Origin: Antedon mediterranea
Lineage: Eukaryota > Animalia > Echinodermata
Length of the DNA stretch: 64,000 nt
NCBI RefSeq assembly: GCF_964355755.1
Contig: NC_092678.1
Coordinates: 25,809,365 to 25,873,364 of the forward strand
Reading direction: 5' to 3'
Shown: positions 1-12,259 of the stretch, one piece after another
Layout of the letters: every line of letters starts with the position of its first letter
How positions within the stretch are numbered: the first letter of the stretch is position 1
The notes under the pieces: model-generated
What the model saw: the letters and a program-made list of their open reading frames with translations, nothing else
The model's database searches: none
Told to the model about the DNA's origin: nothing
Translations under genes and position numbers: made by a program

Positions 1-93
1 AAAATATATATATAATTTGCAGAAAATATTACAGTTTTCATTTGTTTCATTACAACCCTCAATATAACCTTTCATTTTTGGTTTTTTGGTCAG

Positions 94-383
94 ATTTCCA
101 ATGTAGACATTGCGCCTGAGATACCACCACTTTCTGGGAATGTCAAAACCGGTCCCCTTTATGGTCCACCATCTTTGTGTTTGACGCTGGAAAAACTGAG
201 CGACTCATACGATCATAAACAGATTCTACAGGAATGTATAGATTGGGAATTTTGGCAAGGTGCTGCGATGATCAACGAAGCTGACCTCCGACATCCTCAA
301 GCTTTGTATTATCAGTTATTAGTAATTCAGAGAGAAGGGGTAACCCAACAAGGTGTACACAAAGCATGTAATAAGTACATACG
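94..383 (+). CDS. Internal coding exon of gene 1 (claret/GLO-4-like protein, C-terminal region; tentative)
   Basis: tttggtcag acceptor at 93; open frame ISNVDIAPEIP...YDHKQILQECIDWEFWQGAAMI...ALYYQLL...NKYI; donor CG|gtgagt at 384; phase joins the exon at 4694. Family call is from recalled similarity only. Confidence 0.8.
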
Positions 384-431
384 GTGAGTTGAAATCAATA
401 CATTAATTTGTGTTGGTTAGAAAGTTTATCA

Positions 432-3400
432 TGCACATACATTTGTATTCACATACTGTCCTGTGAATTAAAAGTATTTAGCACATACATTTGAATGCAC
501 ATACTGTCCTGTGAATTAACAGTATTTAGCACATACATTTGTATGCACATACTGTCCTGTGAATTAACAGTATTTAGCACATACATTTGAATGCACATAC
601 TGTCCTGTGAATTAACAGTATTTAGCACATACATTTGTATGCACATACTGTCCTGTGAATTAACAGTATTTAGCACATACATTTGAATGCACATACTGTC
701 CTGTGAATTAAAAGTATTTAGCACATACATTTGAATGCACATACTGTCCTGTGAATTAACAGTATTTAGCACATACATTTGTATGCACATACTGTCCTGT
801 CAATTAACAGTATTTAGCACATACATTTGTATGCACATACTGTCCTGTGAATTAACAGTATTTAGTACATACATTTGTATGCACATACTGTCCTGTGAAT
901 TAACAGTATTTAGCACATACATTTGTATGCACATACTGTCCTGTGAATTAACAGTATTTAGCACATACATTTGTATGCACATACTGTCCTGTGAATTAAC
1001 AGTATTTAGCACATACATTTGTATGCACATACTGTCCTGTGAATTAACAGTATTTAGCACATACATTTGTATGCACATACTGTCCTGTGAATTAACAGTA
1101 TTTAGCACATACATTTGAATGCACATACTGTCCTGTGAATTAACAGTATTTAGCACATACATTTGTATGCACATACTGTCCTGTGAATTAACAGTATTTA
1201 GCACATACATTTGTATGCACATACTGTCCTGTGAATTAACAGTATTTAGCACATACATTTGTATGCACATACTGTCCTGTGAATTAACAGTATTTAGCAC
1301 ATACATTTGTATGCACATACTGTCCTGTGATTTAACAGTATTTAGCACATACATTTGTATGCACATACTGTCCTGTCAATTAACAGTATTTAGTACATAC
1401 ATTTGTATGCACATACTGTCCTGTGAATTAACAGTATTTAGCACATACATTTGTATGCACATACTGTCCTGTGAATTAACAGTATTTAGCACATACATTT
1501 GTATGCACATACTGTCCTGTGAATTAACAGTATTTAGCACATACATTTGTATGCACATACTGTCCTGTCAATTAACAGTATTTAGCACATACATTTGTAT
1601 GCACATACTGTCCTGTGAATTAAAAGTATTTAGCACATACATTTGTATGCACATACTGTCCTGTGAATTAACAGTATTTAGCACATACATTTGTATGCAC
1701 ATACTGTCCTGTGAATTAACAGTATTTAGCACATACATTTGTATGCACATACTGTCCTGTGAATTAACAGTATTTAGCACATACATTTGAATGCACATAC
1801 TGTCCTGTGAATTAACAGTATTTAGCACATACATTTGTATGCACATACTGTCCTGTGAATTAACAGTATTTAGCACATACATTTGAATGCACATACTGTC
1901 CTGTGAATTAACAGTATTTAGCACATACATTTGTATGCACATACTGTCCTGTGAATTAACAGTATTTAGCACATACATTTGAATGCACATACTGTCCTGT
2001 GAATTAAAAGTATTTAGCACATACATTTGAATGCACATACTGTCCTGTGAATTAACAGTATTTAGCACATACATTTGTATGCACATACTGTCCTGTCAAT
2101 TAACAGTATTTAGCACATACATTTGTATGCACATACTGTCCTGTGAATTAACAGTATTTAGTACATACATTTGTATGCACATACTGTCCTGTGAATTAAC
2201 AGTATTTAGCACATACATTTGTATGCACATACTGTCCTGTGAATTAACAGTATTTAGCACATACATTTGTATGCACATACTGTCCTGTGAATTAACAGTA
2301 TTTAGCACATACATTTGTATGCACATACTGTCCTGTGAATTAACAGTATTTAGCACATACATTTGAATGCACATACTGTCCTGTGAATTAACAGTATTTA
2401 GCACATACATTTGTATGCACATACTGTCCTGTGAATTAACAGTATTTAGCACATACATTTGTATGCACATACTGTCCTGTGAATTAAAAGTATTTAGCAC
2501 ATACATTTGTATGCACATACTGTCCTGTGAATTAACAGTATTTAGCACATACATTTGTATGCACATACTGTCCTGTGAATTAACAGTATTTAGCACATAC
2601 ATTTGTATGCACATACTGTCCTGTGATTTAACAGTATTTAGCACATACATTTGTATGCACATACTGTCCTGTCAATTAACAGTATTTAGTACATACATTT
2701 GTATGCACATACTGTCCTGTGAATTAACAGTATTTAGCACATACATTTGTATGCACATACTGTCCTGTGAATTAACAGTATTTAGCACATACATTTGTAT
2801 GCACATACTGTCCTGTGAATTAACAGTATTTAGCACATACATTTGTATGCACATACTGTCCTGTGAATTAACAGTATTTAGCACATACATTTGTATGCAC
2901 ATACTGTCCTGTCAATTAACAGTATTTAGCACATACATTTGTATGCACATACTGTCCTGTGAATTAACAGTATTTAGCACATACATTTGAATGCACATAC
3001 TGTCCTGTGAATTAACAGTATTTAGCACATACATTTGTATGCACATACTGTCCTGTGAATTAACAGTATTTAGCACATACATTTGTATGCACATACTGTC
3101 CTGTGAATTAAAAGTATTTAGCACATACATTTGTATGCACATACTGTCCTGTGAATTAACAGTATTTAGCACATACATTTGTATGCACATACTGTCCTGT
3201 GAATTAACAGTATTTAGCACATACATTTGTATGCACATACTGTCCTGTGAATTAACAGTATTTAGCACATACATTTGTATGCACATACTGTCCTGTGAAT
3301 TAACAGTATTTAGCACATACATTTGTATGCACATACTGCCCTGTCAATTAACAGTATTTAGCACATACATTTGTATGCACATACTGTCCTGTCAATTAAC

Positions 3401-4653
3401 AGTATTTAGCACATACATTTGTATGCACATACTGTCCTGTGAATTAACAGTATTTAGCACATACATTTGTATGCACATACTGTCCTGTGAATTAACAGTA
3501 TTTAGCACATACATTTGAATGCACATACTGTCCTGTGAATTAACAGTATTTAGCACATACATTTGTATGCACATACTGTCCTGTGAATTAACAGTATTTA
3601 GCACATACATTTGTATGCACATACTGTCCTGTGAATTAACAGTATTTAGCACATACATTTGTATGCACACACTGTCCTGTGAATTAACAGTATTTAGCAC
3701 ATACATTTGTATGCACATACTGTCCTGTGAATTAACAGTATTTAGCACATACATTTGTATGCACATACTGTCCTGTGAATTAACAGTATTTAGCACATAC
3801 ATTTGAATGCACATACTGTCCTGTGAATTAACAGTATTTAGCACATACATTTGTATGCACATACTGTCCTGTGAATTAACAGTATTTAGCACATACATTT
3901 GTATGCACATACTGTCCTGTGAATTAACAGTATTTAGCACATACATTTGTATGCACATACTGTCCTGTGAATTAACAGTATTTAGCACATACATTTGTAT
4001 GCACATACTGTCCTGTGAATTAACAGTATTTAGCACATACATTTGTATGCACATACTGTCCTGTGAATTAACAGTATTTAGCACATACATTTGTATGCAC
4101 ATACTGTCCTGTGAATTAACAGTATTTAGCACATACATTTGTATGCACATACTGTCCTGTGAATTAACAGTATTTAGCACATACATTTGTATGCACATAC
4201 TGTCCTGTGAATTAACAGTATTTAGCACATACATTTGTATGCACATACTGTCCTGTGAATTAACAGTATTTAGCACATACATTTGTATGCACATACTGTC
4301 CTGTGAATTAACAGTATTTAGCACATACATTTGTATGCACATACTGTCCTGTGAATTAACAGTATTTAGCACATACATTTGTATGCACATACTGTCCTGT
4401 GATTTAACAGTATTTAGTACATACATTTGTATGCACATACTGTCCTGTCAATTAACAGTATTTAGCACATACATTTGTATGCACATACTGTCCTGTGAAT
4501 TAACAGTATTTAGCACATACATTTGTATGCACATACTGTCCTGTGAATTAACAGTATTTAGCACATACATTTGTATGCACATACTGTCCTGTGATTTAAC
4601 AGTATTTAGCACATACATTTGTATGCACATACTGTCCTGTTAATTAACAGTAT
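432..4653. repeat. 48-bp minisatellite, about 88 copies, filling almost all of a gene 1 intron
   Basis: Unit ATGCACATACTGTCCTGTGAATTAACAGTATTTAGCACATACATTTGT repeated head-to-tail with sparse point variants. Confidence 0.98.
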
Positions 4654-4693
4654 GAAGTGAATTGATATCATTATTTATGACAATTTCTTTCAG

Positions 4694-4775
4694 ACTAATA
4701 GCTGAAAAGGCAGAAAATGAAGGCGGGTTGACTTCCCAGACATGTTTAGTTACCTACAGGCATTTACTGTATGAG
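4694..4775 (+). CDS. Internal coding exon of gene 1, ending at the first of 24 possible donors
   Basis: tttctttcag acceptor at 4693; (R)LIAEKAENEGGLTSQTCLVTYRHLLYE; donor GAG|gtaata at 4776; phase 0 matches the exon at 6319. Confidence 0.75.
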
Positions 4776-6233
4776 GTAATACAAGGCGGGTTGACTTCCC
4801 AGACATGTTTAGTTACCTACAGGCATTTACTGTATGAGGTAATACAAGGCGGGTTGACTTCCCAGACCTGTTTAGTTACCTACAGGCATTTACTGTATGA
4901 GGTAATACAAGGCGGGTTGACTTCCCAGACATGTTTAGTTACTTACAGGCATTTACTGTATGAGGTAATACAAGGCGGGTTGACTTCCCAGACATGTTTA
5001 GTTACCTACAGGCATTTACTGTATGAGGTAATACAAGGCGGGTTGACTTCCCAGACATGTTTAGTTACCTACAGGCATTTACTGTATGAGGTAATACAAG
5101 GCGGGTTGACTTCCCAGACATGTTTAGTTACTTACAGGCATTTACTGTATGAGGTAATACAAGGCGGGTTGACTTCCCAGACATGTTTAGTTACCTACAG
5201 GCATTTACTGTATGAGGTAATACAAGGCGGGTTGACTTCCCAGACATGTTTAGTTACCTACAGGCATTTACTGTATGAGGTAATACAAGGCGGGTTGACT
5301 TCCCAGACATGTTGAGTTACTTACAGGCATTTACTGTATGAGGTAATACAAGGCGGGTTGACTTCCCAGACATGTTTAGTTACCTACAGGCATTTACTGT
5401 ATGAGGTAATACAAGGCGGGTTGACTTGCCAGACATGTTTAGTTACCTACAGGCATTTACTGTATGAGGTAATACAAGGCAGGTTGACTTCCCAGACATG
5501 TTTAGTTACTTACAGGCATTTACTGTATGAGGTAATACAAGGCGGGTTGACTTCCCAGACATGTTTAGTTACTTACAGGCATTTACTGTATGAGGTAATA
5601 CAAGGCGGGTTGACTTGCCAGACATGTTTAGTTACTTACAGGCATTTACTGTATGAGGTAATACAAGGCGGGTTGACTTCCCAGACATGTTTAGTTACTT
5701 ACAGGCATTTACTGTATGAGGTAATACAAGGCAGGTTGACTTCCCAGACATGTTTAGTTACCTACAGGCATTTACTGTATGAGGTAATACAAGGCGGGTT
5801 GACTTCCCAGACATGTTTAGTTACCTACAGGCATTTACTGTATGAGGTAATACAAGGCGGGTTGACTTGCCAGACATGTTTAGTTACTTACAGGCATTTA
5901 CTGTATGAGGTAATACAAGGCGGGTTGACTTCCCAGACATGTTTAGTTACTTACAGGCATTTACTGTATGAGGTAATACAAGGCGGGTTGACTTCCCAGA
6001 CATGTTTAGTTACCTACAGGCATTTACTGTATGAGGTAATACAAGGCGGGTTGACTTCCCAGACATGTTTAGTTACTTACAGGCATTTACTGTATGAGGT
6101 AATACAAGGCGGGTTGACTTGCCAGACATGTTTAGTTACCTACAGGCATTTACTGTATGAGGTAATACAAGGCGGGTTGACTTGCCAGACATGTTTAGTT
6201 ACTTACAGGCATTTACTGTATGAGGTAATACAA
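4722..6233 (+). repeat. 63-bp minisatellite, exactly 24 copies; unit = last 54 nt of the exon plus first 9 nt of the intron
   Basis: Unit GGCGGGTTGACTTCCCAGACATGTTTAGTTACCTACAGGCATTTACTGTATGAG|GTAATACAA; 1512 bp = 24 x 63. Confidence 0.97.
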
Positions 6234-6318
6234 CCTGCTTATGTGTCTGCATAATGTCTTTTTATCAATTAGCTAATATATTTTATCTTTTTGCTAAATA
6301 ATTTTTATTTCTATGTAG

Positions 6319-6425
6319 ATTTTTCTCTTCTGGCACAAACAAAAACTACCCCACAATGCATTAGAGGAATTGTTGCTTAGCAACATAAAGTACCTAGCAC
6401 TACCTTTGACACTGATAATTTTCAG
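6319..6425 (+). CDS. Penultimate coding exon of gene 1
   Basis: tttctatgtag acceptor; IFLFWHKQKLPHNALEELLLSNIKYLALPLTLIIF; donor AG|gtaaaa at 6426. Confidence 0.85.
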
Positions 6426-6517
6426 GTAAAACATAATTTATGTTTATGTTAAATAAAGTCTGTTTTTGTCTCTAAGTAGAACTAAACTACATAGCTGATT
6501 TATTTTGTTGATTTTAG

Positions 6518-7055
6518 ATTCGGCCATCAAGAAGAGAAGACGGCCAATGAGGATGTAGTGTCATCTGTCTGTGCGTCGTTCTCTACAGACTTCTGCCTTC
6601 AAGTCACCAAGACAGTCATTGCTGACATCAGCAAGACTAAAGGGCCTACAGAGTACACAAGACAACTACTTCCACATACGCCAGATCCTCCAATGATGTC
6701 AGTCCCAGAAGAAAAACTATGGCAAGAGATTTTGTATAACCTTGGTAAAGAAGCTGGTGTCCGAGAGTTAATTTGCATTCCTGAGAATAAAGCTGCAACA
6801 ATTAGGGAAACGTCAGGTGAAACTGGTTTGGACGCACGATCTGTAGTGTTCACTTGCGGGCATCATTTCCCGTTGGAGCAGGACTACCGAGAGCGGGTGG
6901 TACCAGAGCTTTCAATGAAACTACAGAGTCTTCCAGTTCCCCTGCCTGCTAGTGCTAGAATTCTAAGTCAGTACTATCAACAGGATGGCTACCATCCTAT
7001 GGCCTGCCCTGATTGTGTGTTTACTGCTATCAAACAGTTGCAAGCATCTCTGTAG
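6518..7055 (+). CDS. Last coding exon of gene 1, with a putative Zn-binding C-terminus (CGHH...CPDC)
   Basis: attttag acceptor at 6517; frame continues into ORF 6558-7055 (FSTDFCLQV...VVFTCGHHFP...MACPDCV); TAG at 7053-7055. Confidence 0.88.
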
Positions 7056-7113
7056 CTTGCTACTGCCCAGATTGTGTGTTTACTGCTATCAAACAGTTGC
7101 AAGCCTCTCTGTA
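7004..7113 (+). repeat. About 59-bp tandem duplication of the last codons and stop codon of gene 1
   Basis: CTGCCC(T/A)GATTGTGTGTTTACTGCTATCAAACAGTTGCAAGC(A/C)TCTCTGTA(G/A) occurs twice. Confidence 0.9.
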
Positions 7114-7714
7114 ACTTACTAACTAATTGCTTGCTACCCAATTGTCAGCAGGAGTTTGTATCCTTTTAATGTATATTATATTTTTAGCATACTCATGAAG
7201 GCTGAATTTTACATGCTGTATATATTCATCTATCATTGTTAATAATTTACAAGAGATAGGTTTAGAGATTTGGAAGTAAGAAGCTGAACATTTCTTAATC
7301 TTCTTTTGTTTCCAGAAACAGTACTATAGAGAAACAAACTGTTATCTTCTGCTTTTAATACGATAACTTCCTTCCCTGTAAAGTGCAATTATTGGATAGA
7401 ATTAATAGATAATACATTTTTTGTTTATTACGTAAATGTGTTTTTGATGCTAGAATATGTTTTCATATATGAGAGAATATTTTTTTCACTTTTTCATGTG
7501 TTTGATATGAGAATTAAACAGGTAAACCAAAGGTGCTATATATACCCACCTTATTACAGATGAGAGATATTTGACTGCAAACACCAAATAATATATCAGT
7601 ACCAGACTTAAGTTAGAATACTTAAATACATGTTACTACATTCAACTTAAAGCAATCCTGTCAGATGCTTTTATTTGTTCCAAGGGTGGTAGCTTCTAAT
7701 CTGAGAAGTAAGAG

Positions 7715-7780
7715 GACAAAAAAGTGTGATGTGCCCAAATATGGTAGTGATATGATGTAACCGTGTTCATATAGAGCTTA
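7715..7780. mobile_element. Partial copy of the ~140-bp MITE family
   Basis: acaaaaaagtgtgatgtgcccaaatatggtagtgatatga...agagcttaa matches the interior and end of the copies at 37603, 44015 and 57524. Confidence 0.6.
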
Positions 7781-7823
7781 AGAAAAGGAATTCAACAATT
7801 TTTTGACCGTCCAAATGTTGATA

Positions 7824-7938
7824 GTGATTTATAAAGTGGGGATGTTATTCAAGGGTGTCTTCCAAAAGGAGGGGTAGATGTGATTTATAAAGTGGGGATG
7901 TTATTCAAGGGTGTCTTCCAAAAGGAGGGGTAGATGTT
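7824..7938. repeat. 56-bp tandem duplication
   Basis: gtgatttataaagtggggatgttattcaagggtgtcttccaaaaggaggggtagat x2. Confidence 0.9.
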
Positions 7939-8574
7939 CAAAATTCTACCCTCTGGATCGTCTACTGTTTTCTAGTAACACAGAAACAGTTTGTGTTGGT
8001 TTCAAACCCAAAATATACTCCAGGGAAGAGTGAAATTAATGTAATATAATTTCACTCTGCCCATGTGTGACCTTTTGTAATGTTTTAAGCAATAGTATTA
8101 GTGCAATCAGTGCCAAGGGATTCTGTATAATTGATATAGATCAATGAAATGATAATTTGTTAATGTATTTAAATTTCTAGTTTCTAATAAATAAGAAAAA
8201 ACAAATTGATATATTTTTTTATGAATGGTCTTGATTTTGACAGTTGAGAGGTTATGCTGTACTGTATTTTAATAGATAGATGGTTTTGTAATACACCACT
8301 TTTAAATATATACAGTATATTAATAATGGCCAATTAATGAATAAGTTATTAACTTTAATCTTGTTTCCATATGTCTGTGGTACGAAATGGCATATGCAAC
8401 AACAGTATATTCTCACTAATGAATAAAATTGTATTAACAAATTTACTAGTAGCAAATTTACTATTAGCAAAATCAAACCACGTCAACTAAAATATTATCC
8501 TTTTAAATGGGAGTCGTTTACTGCATTTTTGTTCCCAGTTGAGAGACAATTATATTGGGGAATGGACGTGTAAC

Positions 8575-8792
8575 ACCTATAGCTAGATACTTTACTTATG
8601 TTTGCCCCTCTCCACCCAGGTGTATAAATGGGAACCTGGTTAGATCAAGACACAACTTTGCGCTGATTACTAGCTGCATTATGGGAGTATGTTTCCATAC
8701 GTGTTTGATCCAAAAAAATGACTGGGGTAATAATGTTCAGTGCTTAGAGATTTCACAACATTATCCGCTATATAAATACAGGATATTATTAT
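8575..8792 (+). mobile_element. SINE remnant (central domain plus L2-like tail)
   Basis: cctctccacccaggtgtataaatgggaacc resembles a conserved invertebrate SINE core; 3' end ...cgctatataaatacaggatattattat resembles L2-type tails. Confidence 0.55.
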
Positions 8793-9132
8793 AGTTGGTA
8801 GCCCTCCATCTCCCAAGCCAACATTGATATTAGATAACATTAGCCATGTACATATATAATTAGCTATCAAATCAATATGTAGGTTGAAAGCTTTTCTTCA
8901 TTATTTATGGCTTTTACATTTTGCAACTAGAAGTTTCAAGGTTACTCGATTGGATTGTTAATATTCCCCTTGTAACACGATAGCATTGTCTGTTACATTC
9001 AATTATTTCACTACGCTTAGAGTACAATATCCGTCAAATAATTATTACGTCTATCATTCACATGGTGCTATTATTTGAGGGAATAATTGTTATGTTTACA
9101 AGTCTTATACATAGAATAATAATGCTAGTGTA

Positions 9133-9278
9133 AACATTTTGACAGGGGTGGACACTCTTATCCACAGTGCAACATTATGACAGGGGTGGACACTCTTATC
9201 CACAGTGCAACATTTTGACAGGGGTGGACACTCTCATCCACAGTGCAACATTATGACAGGGGTGGACACTCTCATCCA
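9133..9278. repeat. 38-bp minisatellite, about 4 copies
   Basis: tgacaggggtggacactct(t/c)atccacagtgcaacatt(a/t). Confidence 0.92.
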
Positions 9279-9604
9279 TACATACCTATTATTTGCATTG
9301 AATCATAGTCTTTTTAATAATCATGACAACACATAGATATAATGGTAATGCAGATTTATTTGAGTGTTCATAAAGAATATTTAAAATAATACAGTAGTAC
9401 TATTGTTATAATGCACTTTCGTGCTTGGTGTAACTTTTAACCGTTTATGACTTCTGTTACGTTCTACAAAACAAACTTGTGGATACCTTTATTGGGTAAT
9501 TCTGATTGGATTGATTGGCTGTGCTTATTGGCTGATTGGGTGCATAATAGTTGTCCTTTTTCTAAGCATAAATGAGCGTGGGATCTTGGAAAGAAAATGA
9601 CTGT

Positions 9605-9664
9605 TTACTTCTGAGCCGTTTGTAAATAACTTGAGAACAGTTTATCAACAAAAGTTGAGTCCGT
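9605..9664 (-). CDS. DCP1: DCP1 exon 8 (end of trimerization domain, stop)
   Basis: ttcag|TDSTFVDKLFSSYLQTAQK*; continues the LNREQFRDAFVHLLQ helix typical of the DCP1 C-terminal domain. Confidence 0.9.
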   Translation of the reverse strand, partial: TDSTFVDKLFSSYLQTAQK

Positions 9665-9816
9665 CTGAAAGAAGAAAACAATTAATTGGCTGTGGTTGAT
9701 CATACCCAGTACTGTTTTTATTGTATGATTAATCGGAGAAAACTTTCCTAATTTTATACAGTATTGTCTGTGTAATGTTTGTGTACTGCAGTAATATTCA
9801 AAGTGTAGAGATTTAC

Positions 9817-10113
9817 CTGTAATAGATGAACAAAGGCATCTCTGAATTGTTCTCTATTAAGGACCTGCTGACCAGCATCTACCGGCTTTGATAGAAACGA
9901 TTGCTGCTGTCGCATGTCACGACTCTGTGGGCTACTTGATAACAATGTCATCTTCTCTGCTTGGGTAAATGAGGAAGCTATTGGAGGTATAGAGGATGGT
10001 GCTGCAGGGGACTGTAAGCTGGTGGTAGAAGGCTTTGATGTTGGCGTGTCGCTAGCGGCCCTCGGTCGGAAGGCACTCGGTGCTAAAAGAAGCGGAGCTG
10101 AGCTGATTGGTTT
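9817..10113 (-). CDS. DCP1: DCP1 exon 7
   Basis: ttttcag|KPISSAPLLLAPSAF...VLNREQFRDAFVHLLQ|gtaaat; 297 nt, phase 0/0. Confidence 0.9.
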
Positions 10114-10811
10114 CTGAAAAAATGTAAATTAATAAACATTAAATCTTCAAATTGATATGTTAGTTCATGTGCATCAACAGTAAACAATTAAATTGTTATG
10201 TACCTTACAAATGGTCAATAGATACATTATAATAGCTGCAGTTATTATGTTAAATCCATTCTTTATCATAGTTTATTAGATCAATATTTCTCATAAATTT
10301 GTTATTAAAATACAGGCCTGTGTGTATTTACATACAACAGACAATAGCGTCTAGCCTAGTTGCATCAGTATTTGCTTAATGGTGACACAATTTGTAAAGT
10401 AAATTAATTTTCTCAAACTGCATTTCCTCCTCCATTAGCTACTAATATAACTTAATTATGTGGACCAGTACAACATTAAACGATCTTATAATTTCAAAAT
10501 CAGCATATCTATGCTGAAGTTCAATTGTACTGTGTGATTAGCAAACATTAAAGATGATATGCCACTAAATTACGATGAAAAATTTTCAAACAAATAATGT
10601 TTTAAAGTTCATCATTAAGTGACATTGTATCATCATATTTTTAGGGTGACTATTCCAACAGGGTTCTTATAGAAACTATATTTTTGATAAATATTGTTTA
10701 TAGGTCATGCTAGAGTAGTTTGTGTTTTAAGTGCATGCTTATTTAAGAGGAACACCGTCTTAATTTAAACTTAATCTTTAATAAGGCTACACAATACACC
10801 ATAGAACATAC

Positions 10812-11483
10812 TGTTGTTGTGTCCATGTTTGCTTGTTGTTGAAGGCCTAACAAGAGGGCATTGCCAGCCCCCACACTCATAGCAGCCATGTGGCCTAGAC
10901 TTGGTACTGGTCCTGTCTTAGCCTGCTGACTACCTCCTTTCAAATTTGCTAACAACGCTTGATTAATATCAAAGTCTTTACTCCTAGACATATCTTGTCC
11001 ACTTGTATCATCAATTTCTATCGTAGCTACGTTTTTATTGAGGTTTGATTCAGAGTCCAAAATGGATGTTATATTTAGTTGAGTCAAAAAGTCTTGTAAC
11101 GGAGCAGTTATTTTGTCTTGTGATTTGGCCGCCATGTATTCTCCAACATTCATAACACCCTCAATACTTCCAACTGAAATTGGTTTCATAGTTTTTTCTT
11201 CATCAACATGAAGTTTTTCAATGCTTTCAACAGTGTGTACATTGTTCGCAGGCAAAGGTACAGCGCCCTCGCCTGGATGTGAGAGAAGTTTTTGTAAGAC
11301 AGGGTGAATGCCTTGGCCGTAGTGTGCCGCTTGTTGACCATGTTGCATTGATATCGATCGATTTAACATTGGTCTTACTTTACTCATATCTACTTGGCTT
11401 TCTGGTTTGATGGCAACTGGTGGTAGCGGGCCAGTCATCTCAGTGCTTTGTTCACCTGTTGGAATTTGTTCTGATCCTTGTGA
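10812..11483 (-). CDS. DCP1: DCP1 exon 6 (low-complexity region with short leucine-rich helices)
   Basis: atcatag|SQGSEQIPTG...PVLQKLLS...MDTTT|gtatgt; 672 nt; contains most of ORF 10743-11438. Confidence 0.88.
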
Positions 11484-11784
11484 CTATGATAAAACAATAT
11501 TAATACATTTTAATATATTCTTATAATAGAACAGTGATTGTTTGAAGACTTTCCACAAGCAAATCTGTGTACAAATCGAGGATACAATCTATCTATCTAT
11601 TACCAGCTCTTGTGTGTTATTATAACCATCTTTGATTAGTTCAATTTAACAGTTCTTTACCTGTCGTGCATAAATTGAGGCAGTTAAAACAACTTTAATC
11701 ATAGGCGGATTCTGGCCCTAGGTCACCCGATTTCAAAATCCTGGATCCACCACTGGTAATTGTTATTTTGTCTATATATATTAC

Positions 11785-11917
11785 CTCAAGATATTCATTC
11801 TGTGCTCTATTCAACATCTGTAGTATATCAACAGGACCACGAGGGGAATAACCACCGTCACTTTCAGACATGCTTCGTTGTCGAACCTTTTTTTCTAATT
11901 TGGCCTTTTCAGTCAAG
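11785..11917 (-). CDS. DCP1: DCP1 exon 5 (motif I, VDILQMLNRAQNEY)
   Basis: ttttcag|...LTEKAKLEKK...VDILQMLNRAQNEYLE|gtaata; matches the metazoan DCP1 DILxMLxRAxxEY motif. Confidence 0.92.
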
Positions 11918-12259
11918 CTGAAAATTGTAATGAATCGGTTATTATATTGGTTGTTCTATACAGGTCTCTAACTCTAATATCAATTACTATTAAATTACAT
12001 TATTGATTGTGATAAACATATATTTGGCCTCCTGAAAAAAATCTTTGATATCTGTTTCTCAACTGCCTTCAGGTGGTCAACGTTTAAAGTAATTATTACT
12101 TATTTTGATCTCCTTTCACACATTGTCCTCTTTGTATCTTTTTTTTCCTTTTCTAAAGTATATAAATTATGTCTGTTCTTTTTTGTTCAATGTGTGAAAA
12201 ATAAATGAAATGAATATATCTTTGGAACATTATTATAATTATGTTGGTGTAGCCATTAC

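Noticed and set aside
449-4643. Long ORFs of MHILSCELTVFSTYIC / MCIQMYVLNTVNSQDS repeats on both strands
   Set aside because: By-product of a 48-bp (multiple of 3) intronic array; stops occur at variant units and both strands are open.
5358-6254. 298-aa ORF as a stand-alone repeat protein
   Set aside because: Starts at a TTG inside the array after the unit-10 stop; explained by the duplicated exon end.
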